A stretch of DNA of 64,000 bases, taken from positions 64,001 to 128,000 of the forward strand of contig JAVRCV020000059.1 in NCBI GenBank assembly GCA_034530615.2, written 5' to 3'. The notes beneath the pieces are model-generated. The model was not told where the DNA came from and ran no database searches. It was given only the letters and a program-made list of their open reading frames with translations. Below, one piece after another: positions 52,458-63,562 of the stretch. The position numbers were made by a program, and so were the translations under genes. How positions within the stretch are numbered: the first letter of the stretch is position 1; each line of letters opens with the position of its first letter. Source of the stretch: Aulosira sp. ZfuVER01. GTDB lineage: Bacteria; Cyanobacteriota; Cyanobacteriia; Cyanobacteriales; Nostocaceae.

Positions 52458-53477
52458 TCAACTGACAGATGGTTCCAACATTTGTATTATCCCAGTATTT
52501 GCATTGATTTCTACTTGTACACCTACTGGTAAGGTAAATTTATCTTTAATATGACCGATCGCAGAACCATACCAGGAGGGAATGTTTAAGGGAAGTATAT
52601 GATCTTGCAATACTTGCGTTAAGGTAAAATTCGGTTCATCGCCCAGACTGCAATTGGTGCATTGCCCAAAAATCAAGCCAGCAATTCGATTCAGTATGCC
52701 TGCATTTTTCAACTGGGTCAGCATCCGGTCTACACGATACACATCTTCGCCTATTTCTTCCAAAAACAGGATGTTTTGGTTCCATACAGGCAAGTAAGGT
52801 GAACCTACCATTGCTGCTAGTACTGATAAATTCCCACCCACAAGTTTACCTTTAGCTTTTCCCGGTACAACGGTCGAGAATTGCACTTCTTTAGTAGTTG
52901 GATTTTCCATTGTCACCGCTTCTCCTGCAAACAGGATGCGCTTAACGTAATCCACCGTAAACTGATTCCAAGTAGAAGTGGCAACTGGACCATGAAAAGT
53001 AATTAATCGGCTACGGGCGTTAATAGCTAACAATAGAGAAGTAATATCGCTGTACCCCATCAAGATTTTAGGATGAGAGCGAATATTAGCATAGTTGAGT
53101 AAAGGTAAGATGCGATTACAGCCCCAGCCACCGCGCATGGCAATAATTGCTTTCACAGATTTATCGGCAAACATCGCATTTAAATCAGCAGCGCGATCGC
53201 GATCTTTTCCTGCTAAATAGCCATACCGATTTAAAATATGTTTCCCTAGTTTAACTTTGAGACCTAAATCTGCAATGTTGCGTTGTGCTGCTTCTACATC
53301 TTCGAGGTCAACGATACCCGCAGGGGAAATTAATCCTACAGTGTCACCTATTTGTAAACGAGGCGGCTTCAGGATAGTCTGAGGAGATAATTGACCTTGG
53401 GCAGTCAATGGTTGTAGCTGAGTAGCTATGGTAGCTAGCCCCATGTTAGTCAGAAATTGCCGACGATTGATGGTCAT
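52458..53477 (-). CDS. LD-carboxypeptidase (peptidase S66) with Tat signal
   Basis: NRRQFL Tat motif, RGGWG, GYSDIT, GGNLSV, FLEE, GH. Confidence 0.9.
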   Translation of the reverse strand: MTINRRQFLTNMGLATIATQLQPLTAQGQLSPQTILKPPRLQIGDTVGLISPAGIVDLEDVEAAQRNIADLGLKVKLGKHILNRYGYLAGKDRDRAADLNAMFADKSVKAIIAMRGGWGCNRILPLLNYANIRSHPKILMGYSDITSLLLAINARSRLITFHGPVATSTWNQFTVDYVKRILFAGEAVTMENPTTKEVQFSTVVPGKAKGKLVGGNLSVLAAMVGSPYLPVWNQNILFLEEIGEDVYRVDRMLTQLKNAGILNRIAGLIFGQCTNCSLGDEPNFTLTQVLQDHILPLNIPSWYGSAIGHIKDKFTLPVGVQVEINANTGIIQMLEPSVS

Positions 53478-53520
53478 TTGTCATTTGTCATTTGTCATTG
53501 GTCAATGGTCAATCATCAAT
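53474..53520. repeat. Heptamer tandem repeat (STRR-like, TCATTTG)
   Basis: (TCATTTG)3 TCATTGG TCAATGG. Confidence 0.7.
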
Positions 53521-53638
53521 GCTCAAGGGTCAATAGTCATTGAAAGCGATCGCATCGACCTGCAATTGAATTGCATCGACCTGCAACAATAATCGAAAGG
53601 GAACAAATAACAAACATACAAAATTGCGGGAGGTTGCT

Positions 53639-54004
53639 GTGGCGTTAAAACGCTTGATTATCGAGATGGGGATGGGAATCGATCAGCATGGACAAGAACC
53701 GACAGTAGCAGCAGCAAGGGCAGTACGTAATGCGATCGCGCATAATGCTTTACCTGGTGTTTGGGAAGTAGCTGGTTTAAGTGACCCCAATGAAATGATT
53801 GTAGAAGTTCAGGTAGCAGTACCATACCCAGAACAAGTACGGCAAGAGGAAGTATTAGCAGTACTGCCTTTTGGTCGCAAAAGCCTCAAAGTCGAGTCTG
53901 GGGGGATGGTAGTTCAAGGACGAGCAATTGCCTCTCTCAACGATAAAAATGACGAAATGTTGATAGCGGTTGCTGCCGTTACTGTTTTGGTTGAAACTGA
54001 ATAA
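53639..54004 (+). CDS. Lin0512 family protein
   Basis: IIEMGMGIDQHGQ...AAARAVRNAI...LPFG. Confidence 0.85.
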   Translation: MALKRLIIEMGMGIDQHGQEPTVAAARAVRNAIAHNALPGVWEVAGLSDPNEMIVEVQVAVPYPEQVRQEEVLAVLPFGRKSLKVESGGMVVQGRAIASLNDKNDEMLIAVAAVTVLVETE

Positions 54005-54121
54005 CTGTGGCAGTTGTTGGAAGATTTAGTCAATAAAATAACGCATCTACAACAACATTGGGAAAGATTATTTCTAATCTTACTCCGTTGCAAAAAAGCC
54101 AAATTTTAAAATTTACATATC

Positions 54122-54910
54122 ATGAATGCACAAGAGCAAAACTGGTCAAATTTATTTGGTCATCTTACTTCTGAAGGTATGAGTTGGTATGGAACATGGA
54201 CTTTTTATTCTCCAGAGCTAGAGGTTATTAAGTCTTATCAAGGTGTAAGAAGTTTCCGTGTTAACAAAGATAAAACAGTTATTTACCAAACCAATAATTA
54301 CACTTATACCGATGGTAGTACCGAAGAAAAAAACTGGCAACTTGAGAAGCAAATTTGTAACCAAGCTGATGGCATAATCCATACAGCCGTACCTTCTATG
54401 AGGGCACTATCAATTACTCCTGCTGTATATGCTTGGTTAAGTAAAACATTTGAATCAGGTAAATACTTTGGACTAGAGTTATTCTTCAGAAATGAAGATT
54501 GGCGAACTAGTGTAGCAGTTATTTATAGAGAAAATAACGTTATTGAAAGAATTACTCATATTCGCGAACATTTAGGTAGTTTTCCCACCCAGTCTCCTGG
54601 TGCAGAGGTAAAAAATATTGATGGTAAATGGATAGGGGAAAAACAGCACTTAACCCCTGATTTAAAAGTTTCAAATCCTGAACCTGTTCAAAATCTGGTG
54701 TTAGTTCCGTTAGAAGATAAAAATCAAACCTTTTTTTTACCTGATGGTATAGTTATCAGTGCTCCTACAACTTTGAGGATTGGTCAAGAATTTAACATTA
54801 TAGCTGGTAGGTTGGTATCCCTAAATCAATTTAAGAGGCTGACAGCACAATATGACACTTTAGGAAATTTTCACCTATTGATTTCAGAAATATTTCATCA
54901 ACAGGTTTAG
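54122..54910 (+). CDS. DUF3598-like protein
   Basis: QNW...WYGTWTFY two-barrel pattern, FFLPDGI. Confidence 0.65.
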   Translation: MNAQEQNWSNLFGHLTSEGMSWYGTWTFYSPELEVIKSYQGVRSFRVNKDKTVIYQTNNYTYTDGSTEEKNWQLEKQICNQADGIIHTAVPSMRALSITPAVYAWLSKTFESGKYFGLELFFRNEDWRTSVAVIYRENNVIERITHIREHLGSFPTQSPGAEVKNIDGKWIGEKQHLTPDLKVSNPEPVQNLVLVPLEDKNQTFFLPDGIVISAPTTLRIGQEFNIIAGRLVSLNQFKRLTAQYDTLGNFHLLISEIFHQQV

Positions 54911-54972
54911 ATAGAAACCTGTTTTTTGTAGTAGGTAATTTGTAACTATATATATTAAAGGAAACTGAGGTT

Positions 54973-55137
54973 ATGTCAACTACACCAATTAACAAGGACA
55001 ATACGCAGGATCAGCAAAACTGGTAAGTCAGTAACCTTTGAAGGTATTACGATTTTTGAGATTAACGAAACAGGTAAGATTCACTCTAGTGCTTACTGGA
55101 ATCCTGCTGCAATGGTGGCTCAACTGCGCTCTTATAA
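54973..55137 (+). pseudogene. SnoaL/NTF2-like gene remnant
   Basis: RBS+ATG, then out-of-frame KTGKSVTFEGITIFEINETGKI...AYWNPAAMVAQL; middle deleted. Confidence 0.55.
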
Positions 55138-55229
55138 TAATCGCTTTTGTACGATAGACTAGAGGCATTGGGATAAAAATCTCTGGCAGTAAGTTCGACC
55201 AACGACCAATCTTCACCACTCCAGCGACA

Positions 55230-55568
55230 ATGTCTCAACAGCATAATGAATCACCCCAAATTCAGCAAATAATCGGACTGAAAGCAAATCACTTTGCTGA
55301 TTTAATCAGAGCTGCACAATTGATTTTTGACCCCGCAGCAGGACTTTCTGGCAGACACGTCAAAGTTGACTGGCGAGAGTTCGGCATTCCTCTTGATGTG
55401 GCGGAAAATCTCAAATATCTTGGTGAGCAGTATCGATATGCGTCTCCCCATATTCCTGTAGAAAATATTTGGAGTCAATTGACACCAGAAACTCGGATTT
55501 GGTTTATGGAACATAAAGATGAGTTGTGGCAATTAGAGGAAGCTTTCCCGGCTCTTGATGAAGACTAA
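55230..55568 (+). CDS. Hypothetical protein
   Basis: Clean 112-aa ORF. Confidence 0.7.
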   Translation: MSQQHNESPQIQQIIGLKANHFADLIRAAQLIFDPAAGLSGRHVKVDWREFGIPLDVAENLKYLGEQYRYASPHIPVENIWSQLTPETRIWFMEHKDELWQLEEAFPALDED

Positions 55569-55860
55569 TTGGATACAGATGCCAAGATAGCTGAAACACT
55601 CAACAACTAGACTCTGGAAAAAAATACAGTTTGTACGTAGGGACACAACATAAGTTGTGTCCTTGCTGTAATGTCGTTTATCAAAACGATCCGGGGTTGG
55701 GTGTCATAAACTGTCGTCAAGGGCGAGGAAACCTCACCCCTAGAAAATACAAATTTTATGCCAATTGGTGAGAATATTTGAATTTAAACATTATCTGGTG
55801 TATTGTGCGCTCGCATTAGCTTCTGTGCAAAGTTAAACTAATGAAAAACGCGCCTTATCA

Positions 55861-57048
55861 ATGAATCATAGTTTTAGCATTGCTCCCATTGTGGAGGAAT
55901 CCACTGCTGAAAATCCTGCTGTTGCTCCACAACATCTATTTGTCAAGCAACTAGCTGTGCTAGTTTTAGAAATGCTGTTAGCATTGCCTTTAGGTTTAAG
56001 TTTAGCAAGGTTCCAGATTGGGGGAATTGCTTGGATCTTTGGGGGTATTGTTGCTGGTACTGTAGTTTTGCAAGGATGCCGCATTTTCTATCAATATTGC
56101 CCCAAACCTAACCGGAATGCCAGAAAGGTGGGCATGGCATTGGTAGGATTAACAGTTGGAGCCTCAAGTATTCACAGTGATTTAACTAGTGTAGCTTCTA
56201 GGATTCCGATTTTTGTTTTACTAACATTTTTTCTTCTACTCAGTGGTGGCTTTATTGGCTACATTTATTCCCGTCTGAGTAAAACTAACTTGTTAACAGC
56301 AATGCTAGCTACATCTCCCGGCGGTGTGGGAATTATGGCATCTATTGCTGCTGATTATGGCAGAAATGTTACCCTTGTTGCACTAGTTCAGGCTTTGCGC
56401 GTCACATCTGTAGTTTTTCTGATTCCTTTAATTGCTAGAAGCACAGTTAATAACTCTTTAAATTCACAAATTATCCCGATTCAAAGTAATGTTTTGAGTT
56501 TTGATCCATCTCAACTAGGATTACTATTTTTAGCACTTGGAGTAACTGGATTAGTTGTTTATGTATTGATATTATTTAAGATTCCCGCAGGGGATTTTTT
56601 TGGAGCTTTGTTAATTGGCATGGCATTCAATCCCGTACTAAATTTGCTGCCTTTTGTACACGATATTCAATTTACTCCACCGTTACCGATCAAAATAATG
56701 GGGCAAATGCTATTAGGAATTACCATCGGTGAGTATTGGGGAGATAAACCCAGCTTTGGGAAACGGACTGTAGCCTATGCTGTGATGTCTGTAGCCATGA
56801 CTTTAATTGCAGGTGCGATCGCTGCTATGCTGGCTATGCAATTAACTTCTTGGGATTGGTTAACTTGTTTGTTGGTTACAGCACCAGGCGGTTCAGCAGA
56901 AATAATTCTAGTTTCCTTGGTATTGAATCATAATGTTGAAGTTGTGACAACTGGTCATTTAGTCAGAATAATTGCAATTAATAGTTCCCTACCCATTTGG
57001 ATATTTCTGTTTCGTCGTCTTGATGGAAAATTTTCAGAAATTGCTTAA
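55861..57048 (+). CDS. AbrB-family membrane protein (duplicated membrane domain)
   Basis: Two halves with ATSPGG / TAPGG motifs, many TMs. Confidence 0.8.
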   Translation: MNHSFSIAPIVEESTAENPAVAPQHLFVKQLAVLVLEMLLALPLGLSLARFQIGGIAWIFGGIVAGTVVLQGCRIFYQYCPKPNRNARKVGMALVGLTVGASSIHSDLTSVASRIPIFVLLTFFLLLSGGFIGYIYSRLSKTNLLTAMLATSPGGVGIMASIAADYGRNVTLVALVQALRVTSVVFLIPLIARSTVNNSLNSQIIPIQSNVLSFDPSQLGLLFLALGVTGLVVYVLILFKIPAGDFFGALLIGMAFNPVLNLLPFVHDIQFTPPLPIKIMGQMLLGITIGEYWGDKPSFGKRTVAYAVMSVAMTLIAGAIAAMLAMQLTSWDWLTCLLVTAPGGSAEIILVSLVLNHNVEVVTTGHLVRIIAINSSLPIWIFLFRRLDGKFSEIA

Positions 57049-57151
57049 GTAAGTTTGTAGCATTGTCGCGCAACGCACCGAACACCATCAAAAATTTAAG
57101 GTGCGTTAGCCTACGGCATAACACACCCTACGGACGAATTACAAATTGGTA

Positions 57152-58471
57152 TTATCTGTAGTCCTGGCGTTGAATATCCCGTAAACGTGCTGCATCACGC
57201 ATATTGTAATCAGCACGAGTAAAGCGACTTAACTGCGCTTCAAAAAATTCTCGATTTGCTTGTAAATGCTTGGGATTGGGATCGTCTAAAGGATATAAAA
57301 GTGCAGTGCGTAATGCTTGAATTACTGCCGAAGTAACATTGTACATTGAACGTTGGAAACTAATTCCTAACTGAATCAACATATCTTCTTCGCCACGACA
57401 ATATTGTTTGTAATAATCAACAAGATATTGAGGTAAGAAGTGCAACATATCTTGCATCAATAGTGTGGGTGGAATACCAGCTGTACCTACAGGAAACACA
57501 TCAGCGTAGAGAATGCCATAGTGGAAATCTTTTTGATCGTCAGGTACTTGGCCTGCTTGAGCATTATAAGATTTTGTGCCCCTAAAAGGTGCAGTGCGGT
57601 AGAAAACGGCTTCTACATAAGGTAATGCAGCTTCGTATAGCCAAGTAAAACCCTTGGATTTGGGGATAATTTCATAGCATTCGCCATCTATATATACATG
57701 ATGGTAAATCGGACGGCCTGCGATCGCAAAAATGCCGTTAACCAAAAAATTCATTGCATCGGGGACACCTTTAAACCCGCCTTCGTCGTAGATATCCGAC
57801 ATTTCAAAAAATACAGGTGCCATGACTTCCCAGAATAAACCCAAGTTAGAGTAGTAAGACATCTGGCGACACTGTTCTATGAACATATCAGGGAACAGCT
57901 TGTGCAGTGTCAACATCACTGGGTTGCCTTTGAAATAAGCTTTTATTGCCCTATCGGCGTTAGCTTTGTATTCTTCCGAGTCAAGGTAAGCGTCAAACTG
58001 GTTCACTGGCGCATACATTTGACGATGCCAAAGCATAGCCCGCATACAAGCTTCAGCAAACTCCATGTTAATGCGATCGTGGAATAAATGGTGAAATAAT
58101 CTTGGCATTTTGCCAGTTTCACCTTTTTCGATAAATGCTAATAATTCTGGATGGGCTGTTGCTTGCCCGCGCCAAATTCGTAAATCGGCATCATCACCTG
58201 CATAATGATTATGCAGGTCTAAATACTCTTTAGGCAAAAAGTATTTAAAGAAGGACAAGGGATTTAAAAATTCCCGTTCCGCAATATAAAGTAAATCCCG
58301 CCAGTAAAAATCCATCGGCACAGCATAAGCTTTATACAAACCGATGATTTGCATTAGATTTTCTGGCGTATCGGGCAGCATAGAACCACCAGCTTCTAAA
58401 CGATGAATTACTTCCGCAAACTCATGGCGAGAAGGAGGTAATTTAGTTGTTGTCTTAACAGTAGTTGTCAT
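57152..58471 (-). CDS. cupA: CO2 hydration protein CupA (ChpY)
   Basis: RLEAGGSMLPDTPENL, HDRINMEFAE; 439 aa; with ndhF3/ndhD3. Confidence 0.92.
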   Translation of the reverse strand: MTTTVKTTTKLPPSRHEFAEVIHRLEAGGSMLPDTPENLMQIIGLYKAYAVPMDFYWRDLLYIAEREFLNPLSFFKYFLPKEYLDLHNHYAGDDADLRIWRGQATAHPELLAFIEKGETGKMPRLFHHLFHDRINMEFAEACMRAMLWHRQMYAPVNQFDAYLDSEEYKANADRAIKAYFKGNPVMLTLHKLFPDMFIEQCRQMSYYSNLGLFWEVMAPVFFEMSDIYDEGGFKGVPDAMNFLVNGIFAIAGRPIYHHVYIDGECYEIIPKSKGFTWLYEAALPYVEAVFYRTAPFRGTKSYNAQAGQVPDDQKDFHYGILYADVFPVGTAGIPPTLLMQDMLHFLPQYLVDYYKQYCRGEEDMLIQLGISFQRSMYNVTSAVIQALRTALLYPLDDPNPKHLQANREFFEAQLSRFTRADYNMRDAARLRDIQRQDYR

Positions 58472-58561
58472 TTGGCAATCCTGTTTGAGTTGTAAGATTT
58501 TTTGTAAACGCTGTCATTTTGCTTGTAGGGTTTTAGCAATGCTAAACCCTGACAAAGTTGT

Positions 58562-59155
58562 CTATTTACCAGAAAATTCCTGTAATAATTCTTCCCTGAT
58601 TTTCAGGGCATGAAAAATACTCAAAACATCATGTGTCCATACTGGCAGAATGACTGTCATGGCAATTTCTTCAATACTGTAGACTAAGCCAGCAATAGAG
58701 GTTAGCCATAAAGCGATTCCTGCGTAGTTAAAGCCAAACAAAGAAATAATCGCAATGCAAAGTGTTATTCCCCAAAATTTAGCTGAGTAAGTGTGATAGC
58801 TAGCAGGTTTACCATATTTAACTAAATTCACTATCCACCACACCAACTGAGCAAAAACAACTGTAAGTAAAGGCAAACGATATGCAATTAAAAGATCTTG
58901 ATGTACCAGCCAAGCACTCACAAATATGCAACTAAAAAGGCAAACATCAGCCCAACTATCAGCTTGTCTTAATTCAGCAGTACTCACACCAAGTCGTCGG
59001 GCAATAATGCCATCAAAAATATCAGAGAGGAAGGCAGCAACAAAACCAACAATGAACCAAACACTAGTTTTCCCATCAAGGGCATCCCAGAGGAGGAAGG
59101 GAGAAATTGAAAAGCGAAATAGTACTAAAGCGTTGGGAATTAACTTTAAATTCAT
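58562..59155 (-). CDS. CDP-alcohol phosphatidyltransferase family protein
   Basis: IPNAL...R, SDIFDGIIARR...DSWAD motif; GGAGG RBS. Confidence 0.85.
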   Translation of the reverse strand: MNLKLIPNALVLFRFSISPFLLWDALDGKTSVWFIVGFVAAFLSDIFDGIIARRLGVSTAELRQADSWADVCLFSCIFVSAWLVHQDLLIAYRLPLLTVVFAQLVWWIVNLVKYGKPASYHTYSAKFWGITLCIAIISLFGFNYAGIALWLTSIAGLVYSIEEIAMTVILPVWTHDVLSIFHALKIREELLQEFSGK

Positions 59156-59265
59156 CCTTCCTCCTGATATTAGTGCGTTACTCTCTTTATTTTCTCTGTG
59201 TCTCTGTGGTTCATTTTTTAAATAAATCTCACGCAAAGCCGCAAAGGCGCAAAGAAGATGAGAAT

Positions 59266-60765
59266 TTAGGGTTTCAACGCGATTTCCGAGTTGACGGTTT
59301 TTTCCAACGCTGGAATTGCAGCCACCATTGCAGTAGTTGTTGGTTCACTCCAACGCACTAACCAAGTAGGTTGAACTCCCAAGAAGATGATTAAAGCTGC
59401 CAAAATTAAAGCTGGTGTTTTCTCAAACCATTGAACTTTGGGATAGTATGCTAAATTGTCGAGTCTACCAAAACAGGTACGGTTGAGAAGGATGACAAAA
59501 TAAACGGCAGTTAAACCACTAGCAACAACACACAAGATTGTCGGGATAGGAAACGCCGAGAAACTGCCTTGAAAAACGATAAATTCCGCTACAAATCCTG
59601 TTAAACCGGGAATACCAGCACTCGCCATTCCACTTAATACCAGCAAAGCACTAATTAAAGGTAAACCTCGAATTGGACTCATTAAACCATTGAGTTTATC
59701 CAACTCGCGAGTTCCAACTTTAGTTTCCACGACTCCCACCAAATGGAACAAGATACCGAGAATCAAGCCGTGGCTAAACATTTGGGCGACAGCACCAACC
59801 ATCGCTAGGGAAGTACTAGCAGCACCAGCTAGCAAGATATAACCCATGTGACCGATGGAACTGTATGCTACCATGCGCTTGATATCTTTTTGCGCGATCG
59901 CCACTACTGCCCCATAAATTGCACTGACTGCACCCCAAGTTGCCAATGTTGGCGCAATGGTACTCCAAGCATGGGGAAACATCCCCATGCCAAATCTTAA
60001 CAGTCCGTAGGTTCCTAGCTTTGCTAATACTCCACCCAAAAGAATCGCAATTGGTGCAGAAGCTTCCACGTAAGCATCGGGTAGCCATGTATGGAAAGGA
60101 ACCAAGGGAATTTTAATCCCAAAACCTAATACTATCCCTGCTAAAAGAATGATTTGCATTCCGGCGGATAAGGTTTGGGTAGAGATTGCATCAAAGGCGA
60201 AACTGGTAGAACCAGTCAACCACACTGTACCCAAGAAAGTTGCTAAAATTAACGCTCCGGAAACAGCCGTGTAAATCAGGAATTTGATACCTGCATAACC
60301 ACGTTTTTCCCCTCCCCAAATTGAAATTAATAAATAGAAGGGAATTAATTCTAGTTCGTAGAATAGGAAGAATAGCAGTAAATTCTCAGCTAAAAATGCA
60401 CCGGCTACCCCACCACTAACTAATAAAATTAGCGAGTAGAAAAGCCGAGGACGTTGAGTCTCTTTGCTGCTGCTGTAGATAGCAATCCAAGTAAGCAGGC
60501 TATTTAAAACCAACATCAATATAGAAAGCCCATCAACTCCTAATTGATAGCTCAAACCTAGAGTTTCATTCCAAGGGATATTCTCTTGAAATTGCATCCC
60601 CGGATTGCTGATATCAAATTTGAACAGAATAAAGATATTCCAGAGCAAAACTATAGCAGCGAAGTATAATGCGCTTAGCCGCACAGTATTTGCAGGTAGG
60701 TTTTTAGGTATGACTGCTATAATCGCGGCTGCGAATATCGGGAGCCAAATCAAAACACTTAACAT
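59266..60765 (-). CDS. ndhD3: NDH-1 subunit NdhD3
   Basis: LGVDGLS, FYELELIP, KIPLVPFHTWLPDAY; context. Confidence 0.9.
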   Translation of the reverse strand: MLSVLIWLPIFAAAIIAVIPKNLPANTVRLSALYFAAIVLLWNIFILFKFDISNPGMQFQENIPWNETLGLSYQLGVDGLSILMLVLNSLLTWIAIYSSSKETQRPRLFYSLILLVSGGVAGAFLAENLLLFFLFYELELIPFYLLISIWGGEKRGYAGIKFLIYTAVSGALILATFLGTVWLTGSTSFAFDAISTQTLSAGMQIILLAGIVLGFGIKIPLVPFHTWLPDAYVEASAPIAILLGGVLAKLGTYGLLRFGMGMFPHAWSTIAPTLATWGAVSAIYGAVVAIAQKDIKRMVAYSSIGHMGYILLAGAASTSLAMVGAVAQMFSHGLILGILFHLVGVVETKVGTRELDKLNGLMSPIRGLPLISALLVLSGMASAGIPGLTGFVAEFIVFQGSFSAFPIPTILCVVASGLTAVYFVILLNRTCFGRLDNLAYYPKVQWFEKTPALILAALIIFLGVQPTWLVRWSEPTTTAMVAAIPALEKTVNSEIALKP

Positions 60766-60859
60766 GGCAATTTGGGGAGATTGGTAAAAAGTAGATATTT
60801 TTAAAAGAGTCAAAGGTCAAAAGTCAAGGGAGAAATAACAAATGACCAATGATCAAAAC

Positions 60860-61579
60860 TTAACTAACTAAGCTAATTTTGCCAGTATCCAAATCGTAAT
60901 AACCACCAATGATTTTGAGTTTGCCAGCATTGATTAACTCAGAGAGAACTGGGGATGCTTTCAACTTGTCAACTTGTGCTAAAATGTTAGCTTTACAAGC
61001 ATTTTCTAATTTATCGCCTGGCTGTCCTTGAGATTTCTCTACACTAGGTTTAATTGCAGCTATTAAACTACCAATTTGTCCTGGCACTGAGGCACCTTTG
61101 ATGGTTGCAGCTACAGCACCACATCTTTCATGACCGACTACCATAATGACTTTAGCACCTAGCACTAAGCTGCCAAATTCTAGGCTACCAATTTCCTCTG
61201 GCGTGGCAATATTACCAGCTACACGACAGACAAATAAATCGCCAAGTCCCTGGTCGAAAATAATCTCTGAAGGTACTCGTGAATCTGCACAACTTAGAAT
61301 CGATGCAAATGGATTTTGACCTTTTGCAACTTCGCGTAACCGTGATTGGCTTTGGTGAGGATTGAGTCTTTTTGCTTTGACAAACCTATCATTTCCATCC
61401 AATAATGCTTTGAGTGCTTCATCGGGTGTGAAATCTTTTGATTTTGCTGCTGAGGCTTTTTCAGGGGAAAGCAAATGACTCCCAACTCCAGCTGTTAAAA
61501 CTCCTGCACTAATTGCACCTGCACTTAGCTTGAGTAAATTTCTGCGAGAAACATTGGCTTGGCGATATTGTTTTTTCAT
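60860..61579 (-). CDS. ecaB: Beta-carbonic anhydrase with Tat signal (EcaB-like)
   Basis: SRRNLLK Tat motif; CADSR, RVAGN, GHERCGAV zinc ligands. Confidence 0.85.
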   Translation of the reverse strand: MKKQYRQANVSRRNLLKLSAGAISAGVLTAGVGSHLLSPEKASAAKSKDFTPDEALKALLDGNDRFVKAKRLNPHQSQSRLREVAKGQNPFASILSCADSRVPSEIIFDQGLGDLFVCRVAGNIATPEEIGSLEFGSLVLGAKVIMVVGHERCGAVAATIKGASVPGQIGSLIAAIKPSVEKSQGQPGDKLENACKANILAQVDKLKASPVLSELINAGKLKIIGGYYDLDTGKISLVS

Positions 61580-61702
61580 TGTCTTATCCTCACACATTAA
61601 AACTTTTTTCTTCTTTGTACGGGCAGTTTGATAAAACTTACTTCAATGGGGGGAACGCACCCCCGTAACTGCCCTCGTCTTTGTGTCTCTGTGGTGAAAA
61701 CA

Positions 61703-63562
61703 CTAAAACATCAAATCTAAAAACTGTACTCCCCAGTATGGCCAAGTTACCCACATTCCAAATACGCCAACTCCTAAAAGCACAGTGAAGGCATAAAATT
61801 GTGTTTGTCCAGAGGTACTGTATTTAAGACCTTCGCCACCTAATAGCGAGAACAAACCAACCAAATTTACAATGCCATCCACTACAAAACGGTCAAGCAT
61901 ATCAGCAAATTTGGAAAGTTGAGCGACGCTGAAAATAATCGTCATCCGATAGATTTTTGGGGTGTAAAAATCGTATGCCAGCAAGTCTTGTAAAGGCTGC
62001 CAAGGTAGACGAATTGGTTTAGGAATATTACCCAAATAAATTACGCCAGTGATGCCACAACCAAAAATACTTGACCAAATTAACAACAATGCAACATCTT
62101 TATTGAGAGTTACCCAATTAGGTAATAGTGATAAGCTTTGTAACACTAAAGGAAGATGTAAGACAAAGCCAAATAAAATCACCATTGGTAATACCATTGG
62201 CCAATGTACTTCAGGCGATCGCTCACTCATCTGTTTAGGTTTACCCGCAAAAATTAAACCGAATTCTCTGGTTAAACTCACTGCGGTTAAAGCATTCACA
62301 GCGATAACCACACCAACCAACCAAGGTTGATTTCCCCAAAGTTCATCTGTTAATTCCATCAACGCCCAGAAGCCTCCTAGGGGTGGAAACCCAATTAACC
62401 CCAAAGTCCCAACGATAAAGGCTAATGCAGATATCGGACGGCGTGACCATAGTCCACCCAATTGAGTAACATTTTGGGTGATGCTGTTCCAAATAATTCC
62501 GCCAGTACTCATGACCAACAATGCAGCTGATACAGCATGAGTCAGTACTAATAACAGTGCTGCTTCATCTTGTTTCGTCCCGACTGCGATAAACATCAAC
62601 CCCATATAAGCGCTGACAGAATAGGATTGACAGCGTTTAATATCAACTTGGGCGATCGCAATTAAGGAAGCACCAACTGCTGTAACTGCACCAATTGCTA
62701 CAATTGCTGAGGAAACTATTGGTGATAAAGTTAACACAGGTTGCAGTTTAATCAGCACCCACGCACCACTCGCAACTACCACCGAGTTCCGCAAAATTGT
62801 ACTGGGAACCGGGCCTTCCATCGCCTCATCCAACCACAAATGCAGAGGGAATTGGGCGCATTTACCCATTGGTCCTGCAATTAAGGCTAAACCTACCAGT
62901 GTAATGATTGTTGGGTTAACATTTGCAGTTGTAGCCCATTGAGCTAGTTCTGTATAATTCCAAGTTCCAGCTAAAGGCCATAGTCCCAGGACACCTATCA
63001 GCAGAAATAAGTCTCCTACCCGTTTGGTAAGGAAAGCATCTCTAGCACCAGTGACTACCAAGGGCTGACTGAACCATAAGCCAACTAGCAAATAGGTTCC
63101 TAAAGTCAGAACTTCCAGAATTACATAACTAAAGAACAAGTTATTACACAAAGCCAGGGCACACAATCCCGCTTCAAATAATCCTAATAAAGAATAGAAG
63201 CGTCCCCAACCCCAATCCATTTCCATGTAACCAATGGCGTAAATTTGTGCTAAGAAATTTAAGCCTGTGATTACAATTAACGCCCCTACACTAATCGAAG
63301 AAATTTCTAAAGCGATGGTAAGATTTAAACCAGCCGTAGATAGCCAAGGAATAAATACTTCGATTGGCGGCTGATTCCAGGTCAAGAAAAATGCGATCGC
63401 ACTATGCAGCAGCGCTAAAAATGTCATTACTAAATTGACATAACCCGCCGGCCTCGGGCCAGTACGACGAATGATCCCCGGCGACCAAGGAACGGCTAAA
63501 AGCCCACCTATCAATGCATAGCATGGAACTAGCCAAACAGTCTCCAGCAGAAACTGAGCCAT
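61703..63562 (-). CDS. ndhF3: NDH-1 subunit NdhF3
   Basis: RTGPRPAGY, GKCAQFPLHLWLDEAMEGP, YSTSGQ. Confidence 0.92.
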   Translation of the reverse strand: MAQFLLETVWLVPCYALIGGLLAVPWSPGIIRRTGPRPAGYVNLVMTFLALLHSAIAFFLTWNQPPIEVFIPWLSTAGLNLTIALEISSISVGALIVITGLNFLAQIYAIGYMEMDWGWGRFYSLLGLFEAGLCALALCNNLFFSYVILEVLTLGTYLLVGLWFSQPLVVTGARDAFLTKRVGDLFLLIGVLGLWPLAGTWNYTELAQWATTANVNPTIITLVGLALIAGPMGKCAQFPLHLWLDEAMEGPVPSTILRNSVVVASGAWVLIKLQPVLTLSPIVSSAIVAIGAVTAVGASLIAIAQVDIKRCQSYSVSAYMGLMFIAVGTKQDEAALLLVLTHAVSAALLVMSTGGIIWNSITQNVTQLGGLWSRRPISALAFIVGTLGLIGFPPLGGFWALMELTDELWGNQPWLVGVVIAVNALTAVSLTREFGLIFAGKPKQMSERSPEVHWPMVLPMVILFGFVLHLPLVLQSLSLLPNWVTLNKDVALLLIWSSIFGCGITGVIYLGNIPKPIRLPWQPLQDLLAYDFYTPKIYRMTIIFSVAQLSKFADMLDRFVVDGIVNLVGLFSLLGGEGLKYSTSGQTQFYAFTVLLGVGVFGMWVTWPYWGVQFLDLMF

